Positions 22,237 through 24,000 of a stretch of 24,000 nucleotides of DNA are shown one piece after another. Source of the stretch: an uncultured archaeon (GTDB lineage: Archaea > Nanobdellota > Nanobdellia > Pacearchaeales > GW2011-AR1); assembly GCA_963845205.1 (NCBI GenBank), contig CAWJRC010000004.1, positions 37,628 to 61,627 on the forward strand, written 5' to 3'. Numbering within the stretch: position 1 is the stretch's first letter; each line of letters starts with the position of its first letter. A model generated the notes under the pieces. That model made no database searches, was not told the origin of the DNA, and was given only the letters and a program-made list of their open reading frames with translations. Made by a program: the position numbers and the translations under genes.

Positions 22237-22604
22237 CACCAATAGAAATTCTTGCATTAATCGTTGCAATTTTCAGTATTTTGGACGCTATTATCGGTCT
22301 TGCAAAGCCGAAAATAATGTTTTCTATGATAAGCAAGGGTCTCAAAAGCAATTATGGATGGATTATACCTACTGTAATCTTTGCAGGCTTTTTAGTCTTT
22401 GGATATTTTACAACTCAGCAACTGACACTAATCCAGATTATTCCCGGCTTATTTTTAGGAGTTCTTATTGCAAAGACAGAAATTACAATGCATCCAAAAG
22501 AAGTTTTGCCTCTTGCAAAACAAATTTACACAAAAACGGAATGGTTTGCGATAGCGCTTGACATAGTACTTGCAGGATCTGTTTTCTGGATATTATTTGC
22601 ATAA
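22233..22604 (+). CDS. Hypothetical small membrane protein (123 aa) coupled to the MFS gene
   Basis: ATGA overlap with the MFS stop. A strong Shine-Dalgarno sequence, GGAGGTGA, lies about 9 nt upstream of the ATG. 3-4 hydrophobic helices. Preferred over the alternative-frame ORF 22220-22561. Confidence 0.6.
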   Translation: MTPIEILALIVAIFSILDAIIGLAKPKIMFSMISKGLKSNYGWIIPTVIFAGFLVFGYFTTQQLTLIQIIPGLFLGVLIAKTEITMHPKEVLPLAKQIYTKTEWFAIALDIVLAGSVFWILFA

Positions 22605-22675
22605 GAACATTTTATTTTATTTTTTTATTTGCAAATATTTATATTATTAAAAATCTATAAAAAACCTGACAGAAA

Positions 22676-23653
22676 ATGAACACTGTTGAAATAAAGGGGC
22701 TGACGAAAAAATTTGGCAAATTTACTGCAGTCGACGGCATAAGCCTTGAAGTCAAAGAAGGGGAAATATTCGGGCTACTGGGGCCAAACGGGGCAGGAAA
22801 GACAACAACGCTGATGATGCTTTCAACTTTGATTCCTATTACTTCCGGCACTGCAACTGTAAACGGATTTAATGTGCACGAGCATCCGGACAAAGTCAGG
22901 GATTCTATAGGAATGGTTTTTCAGGATCCGAGTTCTGATGATATTCTTACAGGATATGAAAATCTCAAGCTTCATGCTCTGATGTACAATGTTCCGATGA
23001 AGGATATTAATCCGAGAATAAAAAGCGCACTTGAGTTAGTTGAATTGACAGACAGAAAAAATGACCTTGTCAGAAAATATTCGGGAGGAATGAGGAGAAG
23101 ACTTGAAATCGCAAGGGGGCTTCTGCACAATCCAAAAATTTTATTTCTTGACGAGCCAACTCTCGGGCTTGATCCTCAGACAAGAGAGCATATCTGGAAT
23201 TATATCAAGATTCTCGCAAAAAAGATCAAGATGACAATAATAGTGACAACGCATTACATGGAAGAGGCAGAATGGCTGTGCGACAGGGTCGCGATAATAG
23301 ACCACGGAAAAATAATGGCTCTGAATACACCGAAGTTTCTCAAGGATGAAATAGGCGGGGACATTGTAAATCTTCAGGGAAAAATAAATACAGAAGAACT
23401 TGGCAAACTTCCTTTTGTCAAAACAGTTGAAAGAGAAGACCATACTGTAACCCTGGCAGTAAAAGATGCAGGAAAAAATCTTCAGAAAATCCTGAAAGTT
23501 GCGGGAAAAGTTGATTATGCTGAAGTTCACACTCCAACATTGAATGATGTATTTTTGCATTATACTGGAAAAGGCATAAGGGAGGCAGAAGGCGACGAGA
23601 TGGACTTGCTGAGAAGCAGAATCAACGCAAACTCGAACAACAACGAAGAATGA
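22676..23653 (+). CDS. ABC transporter ATP-binding protein (DrrA-like), full length with C-terminal domain
   Basis: 325 aa. Walker A GPNGAGKTT, SGGMRRRLEIARGL, ILFLDEPTLGLD, TTHYMEEAE. Paralog of 17129-17935, but it retains a ~90-aa C-terminal domain. Confidence 0.95.
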   Translation: MNTVEIKGLTKKFGKFTAVDGISLEVKEGEIFGLLGPNGAGKTTTLMMLSTLIPITSGTATVNGFNVHEHPDKVRDSIGMVFQDPSSDDILTGYENLKLHALMYNVPMKDINPRIKSALELVELTDRKNDLVRKYSGGMRRRLEIARGLLHNPKILFLDEPTLGLDPQTREHIWNYIKILAKKIKMTIIVTTHYMEEAEWLCDRVAIIDHGKIMALNTPKFLKDEIGGDIVNLQGKINTEELGKLPFVKTVEREDHTVTLAVKDAGKNLQKILKVAGKVDYAEVHTPTLNDVFLHYTGKGIREAEGDEMDLLRSRINANSNNNEE

Positions 23654-24000
23654 ACATTAAAAAAACAGTAAAGGGGGTTTATGCAATATGGTACAGGGAG
23701 TTCAAAGTTTTCCTGAGAGAGAAATCGAGAATTGTATCCTCTATCTTTACGCCGCTGCTGTGGCTTTTTGTCTTCGGAGTGGGAATAGGATCTATAACAA
23801 GCAACACAGCGCAGTACCAGCATTTTATTTTTCCCGGATTTATTGTGATGGCGATAGTATTCAACGCGCTTTTTTACGGGGTGTATGTCGTATGGGACAA
23901 GAGGATTGATTTTCTCAAAGAAGTTCTTATTACCCCGCTTTCAAGAACAACGATTTTTACAGGAAAAGTTATCGGGGGGATCACTGATTCTTTTTTACAG
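23650..24000 (+). CDS. ABC-2 type transporter permease (5' part; continues past the window end)
   Basis: Absent from the ORF track because it has no stop in the window. The ATG at 23650 overlaps the ATPase stop (ATGA). The frame is open to 24000: MNIKKTVKGVYAIWYREFKVFLREKSRIVSSIFTPLLWLFVFG...VVWDKRIDFLKEVLITPLSRTT. This parallels permease 16383-17129. Confidence 0.85.
   Translation, partial: MNIKKTVKGVYAIWYREFKVFLREKSRIVSSIFTPLLWLFVFGVGIGSITSNTAQYQHFIFPGFIVMAIVFNALFYGVYVVWDKRIDFLKEVLITPLSRTTIFTGKVIGGITDSFLQ

Noticed and set aside
22220-22561. 113-aa ORF in a second frame over the small membrane gene
   Set aside because: Its C/N/Y/R-rich sequence is not protein-like. The 22233-22604 frame has TM helices, a GGAGGTGA Shine-Dalgarno sequence and ATGA coupling to the MFS gene.
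17991-22604. tRNA-Arg-anchored integrated element or genomic island
   Set aside because: No integrase or recombinase is present. I could not find a direct repeat of the tRNA 3' end anywhere in 18063-22700, and there are no phage or plasmid genes. The block looks accessory, but integration is unsupported.
22639-23909. ORFs 22639-22893 (-), 23141-23560 (-), 23560-23823 (-), 23679-23864 (-) and 23688-23909 (+)
   Set aside because: They are antisense or out of frame relative to the second ABC ATPase and its ABC-2 permease. The true permease frame starts at 23650 and is missing from the ORF track only because it has no stop inside the window.
1-24000. Alternative genetic code or stop-codon reassignment
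   Set aside because: Genes of expected length terminate at TAA, TAG and TGA. For example, hisS ends in TGA and overlaps the next ATG. Homologous proteins show no in-frame stops.

Overview
This is an AT-rich (about one third G+C by eye), very gene-dense archaeal chromosome segment. I infer a small-genome DPANN-type archaeon. The evidence is the archaeal PIN(Fcf1)-Rpo7-Spt4-eS24-eS31 cluster, three intron-less tRNAs without encoded CCA, TATA boxes about 25 nt upstream of start codons, at least ten 1-4 nt gene overlaps, and several bacterial-type genes (DisA, UppP, DrrAB-like ABC-2 transporters). I support about 42 protein genes (two are below the ORF-track cut-off and one runs off each edge) and 3 tRNAs: Ala-CGC, Trp-CCA and Arg-GCG. 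I found no rRNA, CRISPR array, transposase, integrase or reverse transcriptase. There is no obvious large novel system. The candidates most worth follow-up are listed here.

1. A GuaA-type glutamine amidotransferase is translationally coupled to the Dph6/MJ0570 PP-loop amidoligase (1755-2962).
2. A 343-bp spacer (4400-4742) is anomalous for this genome. It holds a tandem operator-like repeat and a ~145-nt element bounded by SD/anti-SD-like inverted repeats, with a 17-bp hairpin behind its own BRE/TATA.
3. An enlarged UPF0175-like HTH protein is paired with a DUF3368/PIN-like protein (6545-7806).
4. A bacterial-type DisA lies next to a PdeM/SbcD-related phosphoesterase (12621-14497).
5. Two inverted paralogous ABC-2 transporter pairs flank a 4.7-kb accessory-looking block. 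That block contains a GC-shifted two-gene operon of sequon-rich surface proteins (19640-20973).

All family calls rest on motif recognition by eye; no database search was run.
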